Source of the DNA: an uncultured Planctomycetaceae bacterium
GTDB taxonomy: Bacteria > Planctomycetota > Planctomycetia > Pirellulales > PALSA-1355
Direction: 5' to 3'
DNA: 64,000 nt
Assembly: GCA_963785305.1 (NCBI GenBank)
Contig: CAWAUV010000005.1
Coordinates: forward strand, 640,001-704,000
The position numbers and the translations under genes are program-made. Below are positions 21,092 through 32,618 of the stretch, piece after piece (positions within the stretch are counted from its first letter, which is position 1; every line of letters starts with the position of its first letter). Under the pieces are notes generated by a model, which saw only the letters and a list, made by a program, of their open reading frames with translations, made no database searches and was not told where the DNA came from.

Positions 21092-22594
21092 ATGTTTGCC
21101 CGGAGCCGATCGCTTGGCGCCCGAGCTTGGGGACTTGCGATAGGCGCGTTCCTGGCGATCGGCTCGGCCGCGGCCTGCCCGTTTTGTGCTCCCGTGGGCG
21201 AGACATTTTCCGAGCGGCGCGAGGCGGCGAAGTATCTGGCCATTGTCGAGCGCGACGAGGCCGCGCGGGAGGGCGCCCACTGGCGGGTGGTGCAGGTAGT
21301 GCGCGGTCCGCGCGGCGATGGACAAGGGAAGGATTCGGAGCCGGCCGCGCTGCCGCCATTGCCGAGCCCCGCCGCTTCGGCGCCCGCCGGGCTCACGCTC
21401 GCGCTTGGCGCCGCCGATGACGCTATCGGCGGCGGCGAGACGATCGCCTGGAGCTTTACGCCGGCCAGCGAATTCGCGATCGGTTATGTGCTTCGCGCGC
21501 CCGACTTGCGAAAGCCCTCGGCCGAGCGGCTGCGATACTTCGCCCGCTATTTGGAACATGCCGATGCCCTCGTGGCCGAAGACGCCTTTCGCGAATTTGC
21601 CCGGGCCGGTTTCGATGACGTGTTCGCCGCTCGCGATGCGCTGCCGATGGAGCGGCTGCGGGAATACTTGGCCGACCCCGCGACTCCGGCCGCGCGGCGA
21701 GGCTTTTATGCGCTCGCCCTCGGCATGACGAGCGAGCCGGGCGAGCGCGAGAAGAATCGCGAACTGCTCCGAAAGTTGATTTTCAACGATGGCCACGAAA
21801 ACGCTCCCGGCGCCGACTTTCGGCCGGGCTTCGATGGCATCCTCGGCGGCTATTTGCTACTTGCCGGCCAGAAGGGGCTCGACGAAATCGTCTCGCGTTA
21901 TTTCGCCGCGCCCGACGCGCCGGTGATCGATGCCCGGCAAGCGCTCGCCGCGATCCGGTTTTATCATGAGCATGGCAGGGAGATACCGCCAGCGGCTCTA
22001 TGCGCAGCAGCGCGCGTGGCGGCGCAACGCCCGGCGCTGGCTGAAATGGCGATCATCGATCTGGCGCGCTGGAAAGATTGGGATTCACTCGACATGATTG
22101 TCCGATTCATGCCCGGGCCGAGCACGGACGTTGATTACCGGCCCGTCGCTCCCTTGCTTAGGGCGGTGGCCGGCTTCTTGCTGTTGTGCCCGCGGCCGCA
22201 GGCGGCCGAAGCGCTCGCCAAATTGCGTGCCCGCGATCCCCGAGCGGTCGCCGCGGCCGAAAAGATGCTTGGCGGCGCTCCGGCCGACGCGCAAGCCGGC
22301 CGAGTGAATCGATGCCGCCCGCGATTTTCACGCCTTTTTTTCGCCGAGCGGGCGAATGGCCGCGATGAGCCGTTCGGCTTCTCTTCGCACCGCGGCCAGC
22401 GGCGCCGGGGCTTGGGAAAGATCGCCCGATTGACCGATCGCCTCGAGCCGCGAGGCGGCGGCCACGAGCGGCGCTGCGTCGAATACCAGGGCTCCGCCGC
22501 GCAACGTGCTGCGCCTCGCGCCGCACGCTGGCGCCATCGCCTTGGCGAAGCGCTTCGTCTAGAGCCGGCAGAATTCTCGCGGCGTCTTCGATAA
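21092..22594 (+). CDS. Exported CPFC-motif protein, paralogue of 18306..19836
   Basis: AAACPFC; ERLRYFARYLE..VAEDAFREFARA; IIDLARWKDW. The true stop is probably near 22310, because the ORF tail overlaps the convergent kinase. Confidence 0.75.
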   Translation: MFARSRSLGARAWGLAIGAFLAIGSAAACPFCAPVGETFSERREAAKYLAIVERDEAAREGAHWRVVQVVRGPRGDGQGKDSEPAALPPLPSPAASAPAGLTLALGAADDAIGGGETIAWSFTPASEFAIGYVLRAPDLRKPSAERLRYFARYLEHADALVAEDAFREFARAGFDDVFAARDALPMERLREYLADPATPAARRGFYALALGMTSEPGEREKNRELLRKLIFNDGHENAPGADFRPGFDGILGGYLLLAGQKGLDEIVSRYFAAPDAPVIDARQALAAIRFYHEHGREIPPAALCAAARVAAQRPALAEMAIIDLARWKDWDSLDMIVRFMPGPSTDVDYRPVAPLLRAVAGFLLLCPRPQAAEALAKLRARDPRAVAAAEKMLGGAPADAQAGRVNRCRPRFSRLFFAERANGRDEPFGFSSHRGQRRRGLGKIARLTDRLEPRGGGHERRCVEYQGSAAQRAAPRAARWRHRLGEALRLEPAEFSRRLR

Positions 22595-25500
22595 AAAGCC
22601 GCGCCAGTTCGGCCAGCGTATGTGTATCGCCCCCGGCGTTGCGAATTGCCGCGTCGAGGTCGAACACATCCGAATCTCGCGGGGCCGAATCTCGCGGACC
22701 CACCGGGCCATCGTCGGGCGGAGTCGCCGCCGAGTGGCTCGCCCTCGGGGCCGTCTCCTCGCGCGCTGGAGATTCGTGGGCATGTTCGCCATGCAATGTC
22801 GGTTCGGCGAAGTGCCGCTCGACCGTGTCGAACAGCTCCCGAGCGCGGATCGGCTTCGAGAGATAGGCGTCCATGCCGGCTTCGAGGCAGCTTTCTCGGT
22901 CGCCTTTCATGGCATGGGCCGTCATGGCCACGATCGGCAAATGCCCGCCCGTGGCTTGCTCGCGCTGGCGAACGAGGGCCGTGGCTTCGATGCCGTCGAG
23001 CTCCGGCATCTGCACATCCATGAGCACGAGATCGAACTCGCCATCGTGGCTTGCCGCGGCGGCTTCGATGGCATCGATCGCTTCACGCCCGTTCGAGGCG
23101 ACGGTGACCGAGTGCCCCCAGCTCTTGAGCAACCCCATCGCGAGTCGCTGATTCACGAGACTATCCTCGGCGAGCAAAATACGGCGCGGGCGGCTGGCTC
23201 GCAGCTCCGTGGCATGCACGACCGCGAGCGATTCGGCGGGAGCGGCGCCGCGGAGGTTGCCGAGAATCGTGTCGAACAGCTCCGATTGCTTGAGCGGTTT
23301 GGTGAGATAGGCGGCAAAGCCGGCCGCCCGGCTTTGAGCCCGATACTCGGCTTGCACCGCCGACGAAATCATCATGAGCGTCGTCTTGCGCAGCGCGGGA
23401 TCATCGCGAATCCGCTGGGCGAGCGAAAAACCGTCCATGTCGGGCATCATGCAATCGACGAACGCGAGCCGATAGGGTTGGTCGTTTTCGGCGGCGGCGC
23501 GCATCGCGCCGAGCGCGGCCGCGCCTCCCTCGACAGCCGTGGGCGCGAGGCCCCAGCGCTGGAGCAATTCGCAGAGAATGCGGCGATTGGTCCCATTGTC
23601 GTCGACCACGAGCACCGGCAGACCGCTGAGCTCGACCCCCGCGGCCGGGCGCCGGCGCTCCGCGCCACTCTGGAGACCAAGCCGCGCGGTGAAATGAAAA
23701 GTGCTCCCCTGGCCGACGACGCTCTCGACCCAAATGCCGCCGCCCATGAGCGAGGTGAGTTGACGCGCGATCGCAAGGCCCAGGCCGGTGCCGCCGTGTT
23801 TGCGAGTCGTCGAGCTATCCGCCTGGGTAAAGGGCTGGAAGAGCTGCGGTAGTTTCTCACTGGCGATGCCGATGCCGCTGTCGCTCACGGCGAAATGAAT
23901 CCAGGCTTCGAGCTCGGCGCGCGATTCGACGCTCACATGCACCACGACCTCGCCCCGCTCCGTGAATTTGATCGCGTTGCCCACCAGATTCAGAAGTATC
24001 TGCCGCAATCGCCCGGCGTCGCCCACCACAGTCGTGGGCACATCGGCCATCATGTCCGCGGCGAGGTCGAGCCCCTTGGCATGCGCGCGGAGGGCGAGCG
24101 AGCGCATCGTGTCGTCGAGATGGTCGCCCAGGTCGAACGGCGTGGGGTCGAGCTCAAGCTTGCCGGCTTCGATCTTCGAGAAGTCGAGAATATCGTTTAA
24201 GAGGGCGAGCAGCGCTTCGGCCGAGAGCTTGACCATGCTCAGATATTCTCGCTGCTCGGGCGTGAGATCGGTGTCGAGCGCGAGCTCGGTCATGCCGATC
24301 ACGCCGTTCATGGGAGTGCGAATTTCGTGGCTCATGTTGGCCAGAAATTCGCTCTTCGCGCGATTGGCGGCTTCGGCCGCGAGCCTGGCCTGATGCAGCT
24401 CGGCCGCGGCTAGTTTGCGGGCCGTGATATCGCGGAGAAACGCGCCAAACAGCCACGAAGCGCCGAGTCGAATGGGCGAGATCGTGAGCTCGGCGTCGAA
24501 CTCGCGCCCGTCGCGCGCCAGGGCCGTCACTTCAATGCGATTTCTCAGCACCGGGCCTTCGCCGGTTTCGAGAAATCGCTTGAGTCCTTCCCGATGCGCG
24601 GCGCGCATCGCGGGCGGGATCAAGAGATCGGCCAGCGGCCGGCCCAAGGCTTGATCCCGCGACCAGCCGAAAGTGAGCTCGGCTTGCCGGTTCCATTCGA
24701 CGATCTCGCCCTCGGAGTTCATGCCCACGAAGGCGTCGTAGGCGGTGTTGATAATGGCGCCCGAACGTTCCTCGCTCGCGCGCAGCGCTTGTTCGGCGGC
24801 GCGATTTCGCAGTTCCATGCGATCGAGCGCCCGGCGTTCCACAAGATGAGCCCGGCGAAGACGAGCACATTGGCCAGGGCGAACATTGCCATGCCAAACG
24901 GCCGATCGACAAGTCCGCCGCGCTCGAACATCAGATCAAGCCAGCCGATCGCCACCGGAGTGAGGATCGCCGCCGGAAGCAATCGCCGCACCGTGACGCT
25001 GCCCGCGCCGTCGCCAGCAAGATAGCGCATGAGCCCAACCTCGGGCCGCGCAAAACATTCCGGCCGGCAGCACAAACAGCACGATCGCCGTGTTGAGCGC
25101 CATGGGGATCGTGTTGCTCGCGCGATAGAAAGGCATTGCGTGATACGAGTAGCCCAGGAGCGCGAGCAGCGCCACGGCCGCCGCGACCGAAGCGAAACCG
25201 TGGCCCGCGCAGTGCGCGAGGCGACTCTCGCGATCCCAAGTGAGCAGTCCGGCGCCCAGAAACAGCAGCGAAAAGCCGGTGTTAAGCGCGACGCGATTTT
25301 CGCCGAGCTTCGCGCGAAAGAGCAGTTGATCGAGGCCCGGATTGCGGCCCAGCGCGAAGCCGCCGAGCGTGGTGATCCCGACGGCGACAACGAAAATCGC
25401 GCAGCCGCTCGCCGCGAGATGCTTGCCCCGCGTCACCGGCGCCGAAGGCCGCCAAGCAAGCGCGACGCCCGCCGCGATGACCGACAGCGCGGTGAGCGGA

Positions 25501-25658
25501 TTCATCGCCACAAGGCCGTGAACGACGCCGCGCAGCAGTTCGACGTCGAGCAGCCAGCCAACCAGCACGCCGACGCCCGCCGCTGTTGCAACCCCGGCGG
25601 TCCAGCGCGCGAGCCGGCTGAACCAGACGAGACGTCGCTCTTGGACGGGAGTGCTCAT
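22328..25658 (-). CDS. Hybrid sensor histidine kinase: TM region, PAS, HisKA/HATPase, two receivers, Hpt (frameshifts)
   Basis: FLANMSHEIRTPMNG, LLNLVGNAIKFT, DSGIG, GGTGLGL, VLVVDDN, ILLAEDSLVNQ, LMDVQMP. Confidence 0.92.
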
Positions 25659-25716
25659 GCGATCATGATAGCACGGCGCGAGCGCCCCTAAACATGGCCG
25701 CTTGACGGCGCCAAAC

Positions 25717-26436
25717 TCAAACGCGCCGCCGGGCAAGCGCGAGGGCGCCAAACACCGCGATTCCCGATATCGCGGCAAGAGACAAAGCGCTCGGCTCGGG
25801 AACAAGCACGGCGATCGAGCCATTGATGAGCGATGTCACCGGTGTTTGCGGCGAATAGGAACCGTTCAGTTCGACAAATGCCGGAAATTGCCCGATACCA
25901 GTGTTCGCGGTCGCGGCGGAGAGGATCGTGATCGGATCGGGCGATGTGGTTATATAATTCGCGGCGACCTGGTACTCGATGCGAAGCAATCCCAGCGGGG
26001 CGGACGACAATGTCGGCCCCGCGGCGACCGGACTGATTTCGTCTTGACTAAAGGCTTCGTAAGGCAAGGACAACCCGGCCGGGGCGCCGGTTTGAATGTT
26101 ACTCGACTGGCTCGAAGTATACGGATACGAGGCAAATGGGCTCGAAAGATTCGTGGAATAATCGGCGCCGATAATCTGAATGCCGGATTGGGCGCTGTTG
26201 AGGGTCACATCCACGCCGAAGCCGGTCAGGGTGTCGGCCGACGTGGTGACGTTTTCCGTGACCAGCACATCGAAGTAGCCGATCTGCGGGGAACTGGACT
26301 GGCTCAAGGTGATGGTAGGCGCCGAAAACGTGATCGTGTTGGCAATCGCGCTCGAAGCCAGACATAGTCCCACGAATGCCGCCAGCGCAAAAGCGCGGTA
26401 AGGAAGCGCGGCTGTATTCGCGAATGCGTGGGGCAT
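25717..26436 (-). CDS. Small PEP-CTERM protein with a cohesin-like beta-sandwich
   Basis: Signal peptide; C-terminal VPEPSALSLAAISGIAVFGALALARRRV. The cohesin resemblance is by eye only. Confidence 0.8.
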   Translation of the reverse strand: MPHAFANTAALPYRAFALAAFVGLCLASSAIANTITFSAPTITLSQSSSPQIGYFDVLVTENVTTSADTLTGFGVDVTLNSAQSGIQIIGADYSTNLSSPFASYPYTSSQSSNIQTGAPAGLSLPYEAFSQDEISPVAAGPTLSSAPLGLLRIEYQVAANYITTSPDPITILSAATANTGIGQFPAFVELNGSYSPQTPVTSLINGSIAVLVPEPSALSLAAISGIAVFGALALARRRV

Positions 26437-26470
26437 GGTTCGCTGGCCTGGGGGATCTGAACGAACGAAA

Positions 26471-29400
26471 TCAAAGGAAATCAGCGTCGCTATTATAGTT
26501 TGGGTTGCCTTCGCGCCATAGTCGTCTCCGAGCGAAAATTCGCGGCGGAGCGATCGGCGACCGCGATGTTGATCGAGTCAAAACCAAAGTTCGTGAGCGC
26601 CTCGTCGATTGCGGCATGCGCGCAATACCGCCCAGTAATCGCAAACTGCCGGCCGCCGAGTCGAACCGCGTATCGGTTGAATGCGCGGCGCCGATTGAAG
26701 CGAATATCCGATCCGTGGGAATCGCCGTCAGGATCGCGCTCGGCGGTGATGCGGTGGCGGACACGGTGGCGGGCACGCTATTCAGCGCGTCGAATGCGTT
26801 GGTCTGATGTTCGGAGTTCAAGAAGTCCGGCGCCGGCCGCGATGGGGCGCCAATCGCCGTGGCGATGTTCGAACTCGGGCCGAGATTTGTCCCGGCGATG
26901 CTTGGTCCATCGGAGGCGGGCATATTGGTCGGCGACGCGGTCGTGCTAGCCGACGCGCTTGGGGGCGATATTGCGATCGCCGACGCCCCGCCGCCCGATT
27001 CTCCGCCCGATGTCGCTAGGTACATCGCCTCGGAGCCATCGGCGGCGAGAATCACAACCGCCGAGAACGCGCCGCCGCTCGCGGCAGATGGCGGCGAGGC
27101 GCCGGCGGACGAAGTGGTCGTCGACGCTGGGGCGCCCGCGCTAAGCGATGAGCCAGAAATCGGAGTCGATTGCGGCGGCGCGAGGGCGGGCTCGATCGGC
27201 GCCATCGCGTTCAATCGCTGATTATTGTCGCCGGCGTCGGCGTTGATCTCCGCGAGATTGATCGCCCCGGAGCCGAAGATGTCGGCATAAGCACTGTAGT
27301 TCGGGCTGCTCGCTCGGGTGTTGTTCAGCGATCTGATCGTGTTAACGTCGGTGAGCGAAACGCTATTGGACCGAGTCACGGCGCCGGGAAGAATATTGAA
27401 AAAGAACTCGAAATTGCTTCCTGCGGCGCCGGTTCCCGAACCGGTGGTGAATGTGCTCGTTCCTGTGGTCCAGGCGCCGTCGAGCTGGGCGCCGTGCGCG
27501 TCGGTCACCGCGGCGGCGTCGATCGCGATCAAGTAACTGTTGTTCGTCAGCGGCGCTGAGAGCGACAAGGAGTAGGTATTATTTCCTAAAGCCGTCACGC
27601 CGGTCACGGTCGGCGTCGTACCGCCCGCGCCGCCCACAAGCTGCAGGGCATTGGCGGTGAGAGCGACCGGCTCGTTGAACTGTATCTCGATCGTGTCGAT
27701 ATTCGTCCAGGGAAGAACTGTCGTTTGACTCGAAACTGTTTGAAGGGCGAAGCCGAGCGCGGAATCGCTGGCGCTGCCTAAACCAGATGTCGAGAGATAG
27801 GTTGTAAACGTGCTCGTCCAACTTGTGCTGGTGACGAATGCGCCCGAGACTTCCGCCGGGGTGTCGATATCGACCGTCTTCGAGGCGGTGTTGCTGGTTT
27901 GCGCGCCATCGGTCACGGAGAATGTGATCGTGCGACTTCCGACAGGCGCCGAGATCGATCCGCCGGGCGCGACCGTGCGCTCATAAGAGTAACCGATTGG
28001 AGCGCTGCCTGAAATTGGGCCGCCGTGGCAGCTCCGCCAACAATCGAGAGCACTCCGGTCGCGGCATTATACGAACTGCTCACGACGCCGTCTTCGGTCG
28101 AGCCTAATGCGAGTGTATCGCCGGTCTGGAGACCCGCGGAAATGCTCACTAGCGAGCTCAAGGTCGGGGTCGTGGCTTCGTCGGAGAGCGCGATTCCGGC
28201 GTCGATCGCCGTGGCCCAGCCGGCCGTGGCGGTCGTAGCGCCCGAACTCGTGGTGACCACCGGTGGCGGTGGAAGCACATTCACGGTGAAGTTCTGGCTC
28301 GACGTGGTTTGCACGCCGCCCGAGCCGCCGTTGTCGGTGAGCGTCACCGTGATCACGGCGCTGCCGAACTCGTGGGCCGCGGGAGTGTAGCTGAGCGAGC
28401 CGGTCGAGTTGGGGCTCGTGTAGCTCACGGTGGGATTCGGAATGAGGCTCGGGTTGCTGCTCGTGGCGGTGAGTGTCAAGGTCTCGCCGGTTTCGTTCGT
28501 CGAGCCGGGCTCGACGCCGGTGAGATTGATCGTTTGCTTGCCGGCGTTCTCGGGAATCGCGGGCGGATTGGCTATCGTCGCGAAGGCGGGCGACATGCTC
28601 GCGGTGAGAATATAGTCGCCCGAGGTCGGCTGGGCGGTGGAAGAAGCGGCCACGACTTGCAAATAGTATGTGCCCGAGGCGCCGGCCGGAACGGCATAGT
28701 CGAGAATCGCGTTGATGCTATCGGACGCATTGTTCTCGGCCGAAGCCACCAGGGTTCCCAAAGCATTGTAGAGCAGCAGTTCGGGCACGAGCGCATTGTT
28801 CGGCTCGCCGCCGCCGGCGCCGGGCGTGGCGGTCGAGGCCGTGAGCGTGGCGCCGGCGTTGAGCGTGAGGCTGTAGGTGGGCGAAGGAGCGCCGACGATC
28901 GACACCGTGTCGAAATATGTATCGGTGTCTTCCGACTGGAAGGCGATGCCGCCTGCCGTGATCGCGTTGTCGGTGGCCGAGACACTGCTATCCAGAGTGC
29001 CCGTGGTCGAATAGAGGTTCGCGGTGATATTACCGCCGAATCCCCAGGTGATATCGAGTTGATACCAGGTGCTGGGCGTCCAGGTGTAGCTACTTTCGGC
29101 GATCACCAAGCCACCGAAGCCGGTGTTGTCTTCCAGCGCGAAGTCGTTATAAATGCCGCCACTGCCATTGCCGCCGGCCATGACGACCGACATGGTTCCC
29201 GCGCTCGAGGCGCCGAAGCCGAACCAAGCGATGCCGTTTTCGATATCGGAACCAGCTTGGAACCACAGCGAAATTTGGTCGCCCTGGGCCACTTGCGCGG
29301 CCGCGTCGTCGCGATAAATCCACTGCGTGTATTCGCCGGTATCGAGGCCATAGGCGCTGCCGTTGTAGGCGGCGGCTGTCGTGACTTGCGCCGTCGAGAT

Positions 29401-32250
29401 ACCGGTGAACGCGTAAGCCGCCAGCGAACCGCTTTGGAAATTCTCGACATTCACGGCGCTTTGAACCTGGCCAAGCGCCGTCTTCACTCCGCCCTGGCTG
29501 GCGCTCGACAGCGGCTGTGCCGTGGCGATCGTGTTGTTGTTCAAATTGTCGAGCTCGGCGTTGCGAGTCACGACGAGCGTGTAACTGGTCAAGGCCGAGG
29601 CGCCATAAAGTTCGATATAATAGACGCCGGACGTGCTCATGACCTGATCCGTGATCGTGGGCGTTTGCCCGGCGGCGGCCGATGCCTGCAATACGCTCGA
29701 GGAGTTGTACAGCGAGAGGGCAATGTTCGAGGCGCCATCGAGATCGGCCGCCGAGAGCGTCACCGAGTCCCCGGCCGCGAGCGTGATGCTGTACCAATCG
29801 CTCAAGTCGGGCGACGCGGAGTTCAGGGCGCCGAGCACCGCGGTGCGCGAAGCATTGTTGCCCAAGCTCTCCACGCTCGACGTCAGACTCTCGGCCGCCG
29901 CCAGCGAGCCGGGCGAAGCGCCGCCGAAAAGGTCGCTCTGAATCGCCGCGTTCAAAATCGCCACGGCCTGAAAGGCCCCGGTCGAACCGCCGACTCCGCT
30001 GATCGTGATCGTGTACTGGCCGGTCGTGGGAATCGCCACGGTTTGCAGCAAGATCGAATTACCGGCCGCGGTTGACGAGACCGATCCGACTGTGCTGCCG
30101 CTGGGACCGGTGAGCGTGAGCCCGACTTGCAGGTTCGCATCGGTCGACACGCCAAGGCTGAGTGTCTGGCCCGCGTCGAGCGAGAGCGTGAACACATCGG
30201 TGTTGCCCGCGGAATTGATGAGGCCCGAGGTTTCGGCGCCATATTCCAGCGAGCCGTTGGGGGAAAGACCGACCAAGGTGGGAAAGGCGACCGGGCCGGG
30301 ATAGTCGAGGCTCAAATCGCCGGAGTATGCGGCCACGGGGTCGCCGTAGGCATCGGTCACGGCGCCTTTATTGATGGTAATGGTCAGTATCTGTTCGGTG
30401 GTGATGCCGCTGAGCGTGTACTGGACCGTGGTCGAGTTCACTTGGCTATAGCCGGTGACGGTTCCGGCGCTGAGCACAAGGTTTCCCACTCCGAGCGTGC
30501 TGGCGTCGACGGCCGTGCTGAACTGCACAACGATACTCGTGACCGGCAGCGAAACGACCGAGCCATTGGCCGGCGTGATCGAGGTTACCGTGAGCGCCGT
30601 GGCGCTGAAATAAAACGTATTTGTGTAGGCGTACACCGAATCGGCGCCGGTGGCCGAAGTGACCGAGCCGGCCGCGATCGCCATGGTTTGCGTGCCTGGA
30701 CTCGTCACCGGGCTCGTGGCGAAGGTGTAGGTCACGCTGCCCCCGCTCACGGCGGCGCTCGTGGCGGCGATGCCGTTGACCATGAAGCCCGCGGCCGAGG
30801 CGGAGCCCACGGTGTTGTCGAATGTGAACATGAAGCTCGTCGGCGGAGTGTTCACGGCGCCGCCGGCTTGGGGAGTGGCCGATGTGACGGCCAGCGCCGC
30901 TAGGTCGGGCACGAGCTGGTTGGCCACCGGCGAGCCGAGGCCAGTTACGAGGTCATAGCCCGGGGCGGCGGCAAAGCCATTGTTGCCGGTCGTGATATCG
31001 TGGAAGTTCGAAGCGGGCAAGTTGTAGAGGGCTGGCAGCGTTTGACTGGCGCCATTGAGCGACGGCAAGCCGTCGATGCCCGGCCTTGATTCGCGATCGC
31101 CACGAGCCCCGCCCACGAGGGCGACGAAAGGCTGGTGCCGCCGACGATGTAATATCCGCCGCCACCGCTGGCGTCGGTGTCATACACATAGACTCCCGTG
31201 TTGGGGTCGGCGTCGAACGAGACATCGGGAATCGCGCGGTTCGTGGTGCTTTGCGTGACCACGCCGTTTTGATACGTCGGCTGCGATTCAATCGTGCTCA
31301 CGCCGCCGCCGCCATCGCTCCAGCCGCTTTCGGCGCCATAGTCGCCGGCCGAGTCCGAGACTTGCAAGGTAGTGCCGCCCACGGCGACCACATTCGGCGA
31401 ATAAGCGGGCCACTCGCCCGGCGCGGCGCTATCTCCGGTCGAAGCCAAAAAGGTCACTCCGGCATGGCCCGACGGAGTAGTGAAATCCGCATTGTTGCTC
31501 AAGTTGGCGCTGGATTCGCTTTCGCCCCAACTCATCGACACGACCGACACGCCCGACAGCTCGGCGGCGGTGCTCACGGCGGTCAGCAGATCGGTGTCGG
31601 AATCCGAATTGGCCTCGACCAGCACGATGTTCGCCCCGGCGCGATCGCATGCGCGTACTCCACATCGAGCGATTCCTCGAGTTCCCAGCCATAGGTCGGA
31701 TCGCCGCTCGGAAGGCCGGTGGTCGAGCCATGTTGATTCACGACCTTGAAGCTCGGTGGCGCGGCGATGCCGAATTCAGTATCGAAAGTGGCCAGATTGC
31801 TCGCGATATTCGGATCGCCGTATGCGTCGACGATGGCGATCGTTTGCCCCGCGCCGAGCGCCGCGCCGCCGAGCGAGGAAAACGTGATCTGATTCACGCC
31901 ATAGGCGGTCGCCAACTGCGAAGGTTCGAGCACCGAATCGCTATAGGTCGTGTTCGGCGCGGCCGAGGGGACCGTGAGTCGCGCAGCGCGGCCGCCGGCG
32001 AGGGTTCGGCTTGGGTTGTCAGTTGAATATAGGTGGGCGCGAACGATGGGCTCGCGCTTGCCGCGGGCGTTGAAGAATTGGCCGCCGACACGAGGACCGC
32101 CGCTAGCGAGGAGATCGCGGCCGAATCCGTCGCGGTCGCGGCAAGCAGCCGGCGGGCCTCGAGGAATTCGACGCCGAGCCGACGAAGGCGCTCGGGCGCG
32201 ATTCGGTCGCGCGGCGCCGCTGTTGCGCGTCGCATGCCGCGATTGAACAT
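26471..32250 (-). CDS. Large secreted S53 (sedolisin) peptidase with Ig/PPC-like repeats and a degenerate C-terminal dockerin (frameshifts)
   Basis: LGVEFLEARRLLA export motif; GQTIAIVDAY, WELEESLDVE, VVSMSWG, ASTGD, VAVGGT, PDVSFDAD, GGTSLSSP, DITTGNNG..GYDLVTGLGSP; GAWTTG..FFFNILPG preceding the dockerin. Confidence 0.85.
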
Positions 32251-32531
32251 GCCAGCCGCCTCTGAACCGATTCCGAGAAATCCGCCGCGGAAAAGCCGAT
32301 CGGCAGCCCGCGCGTCGCCGTTCCAACGACAAGCGAGCCGAGAATGGGAGTGAACTCGCGCCCCGGTCCGCCACGAACCAATGCGGCCAGGACGGAGACA
32401 TTCTACCAACAGAAATGCGTTGTTGTCCAAGAAAAACGCCGCGAGAAAAGCCGCGAAGTGGTTTCCCGCCCGAGATGGCGCCGCGGAAAAAAAGGCCGCC
32501 GTAAGCCAGCGAAACTGCCCGACGCTTCCAA

Positions 32532-32608
32532 GAGTCTAACCAACAACTCCCCCTCTCCTCGTATGAGAGAGGGTAGGGAGGGCCCGTCGAGGTTCTCGGA
32601 CAGGCTGC
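32532..32608. repeat. MITE/REP-like element, copy B
   Basis: GAGTCTAACCAACAACT..CCCCCTCTCC..GAGAGAGGGTAGGG..GGTTCTCGGACAGGCTGC followed by TA. Confidence 0.6.
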
Positions 32609-32618
32609 TAAGCGACAT

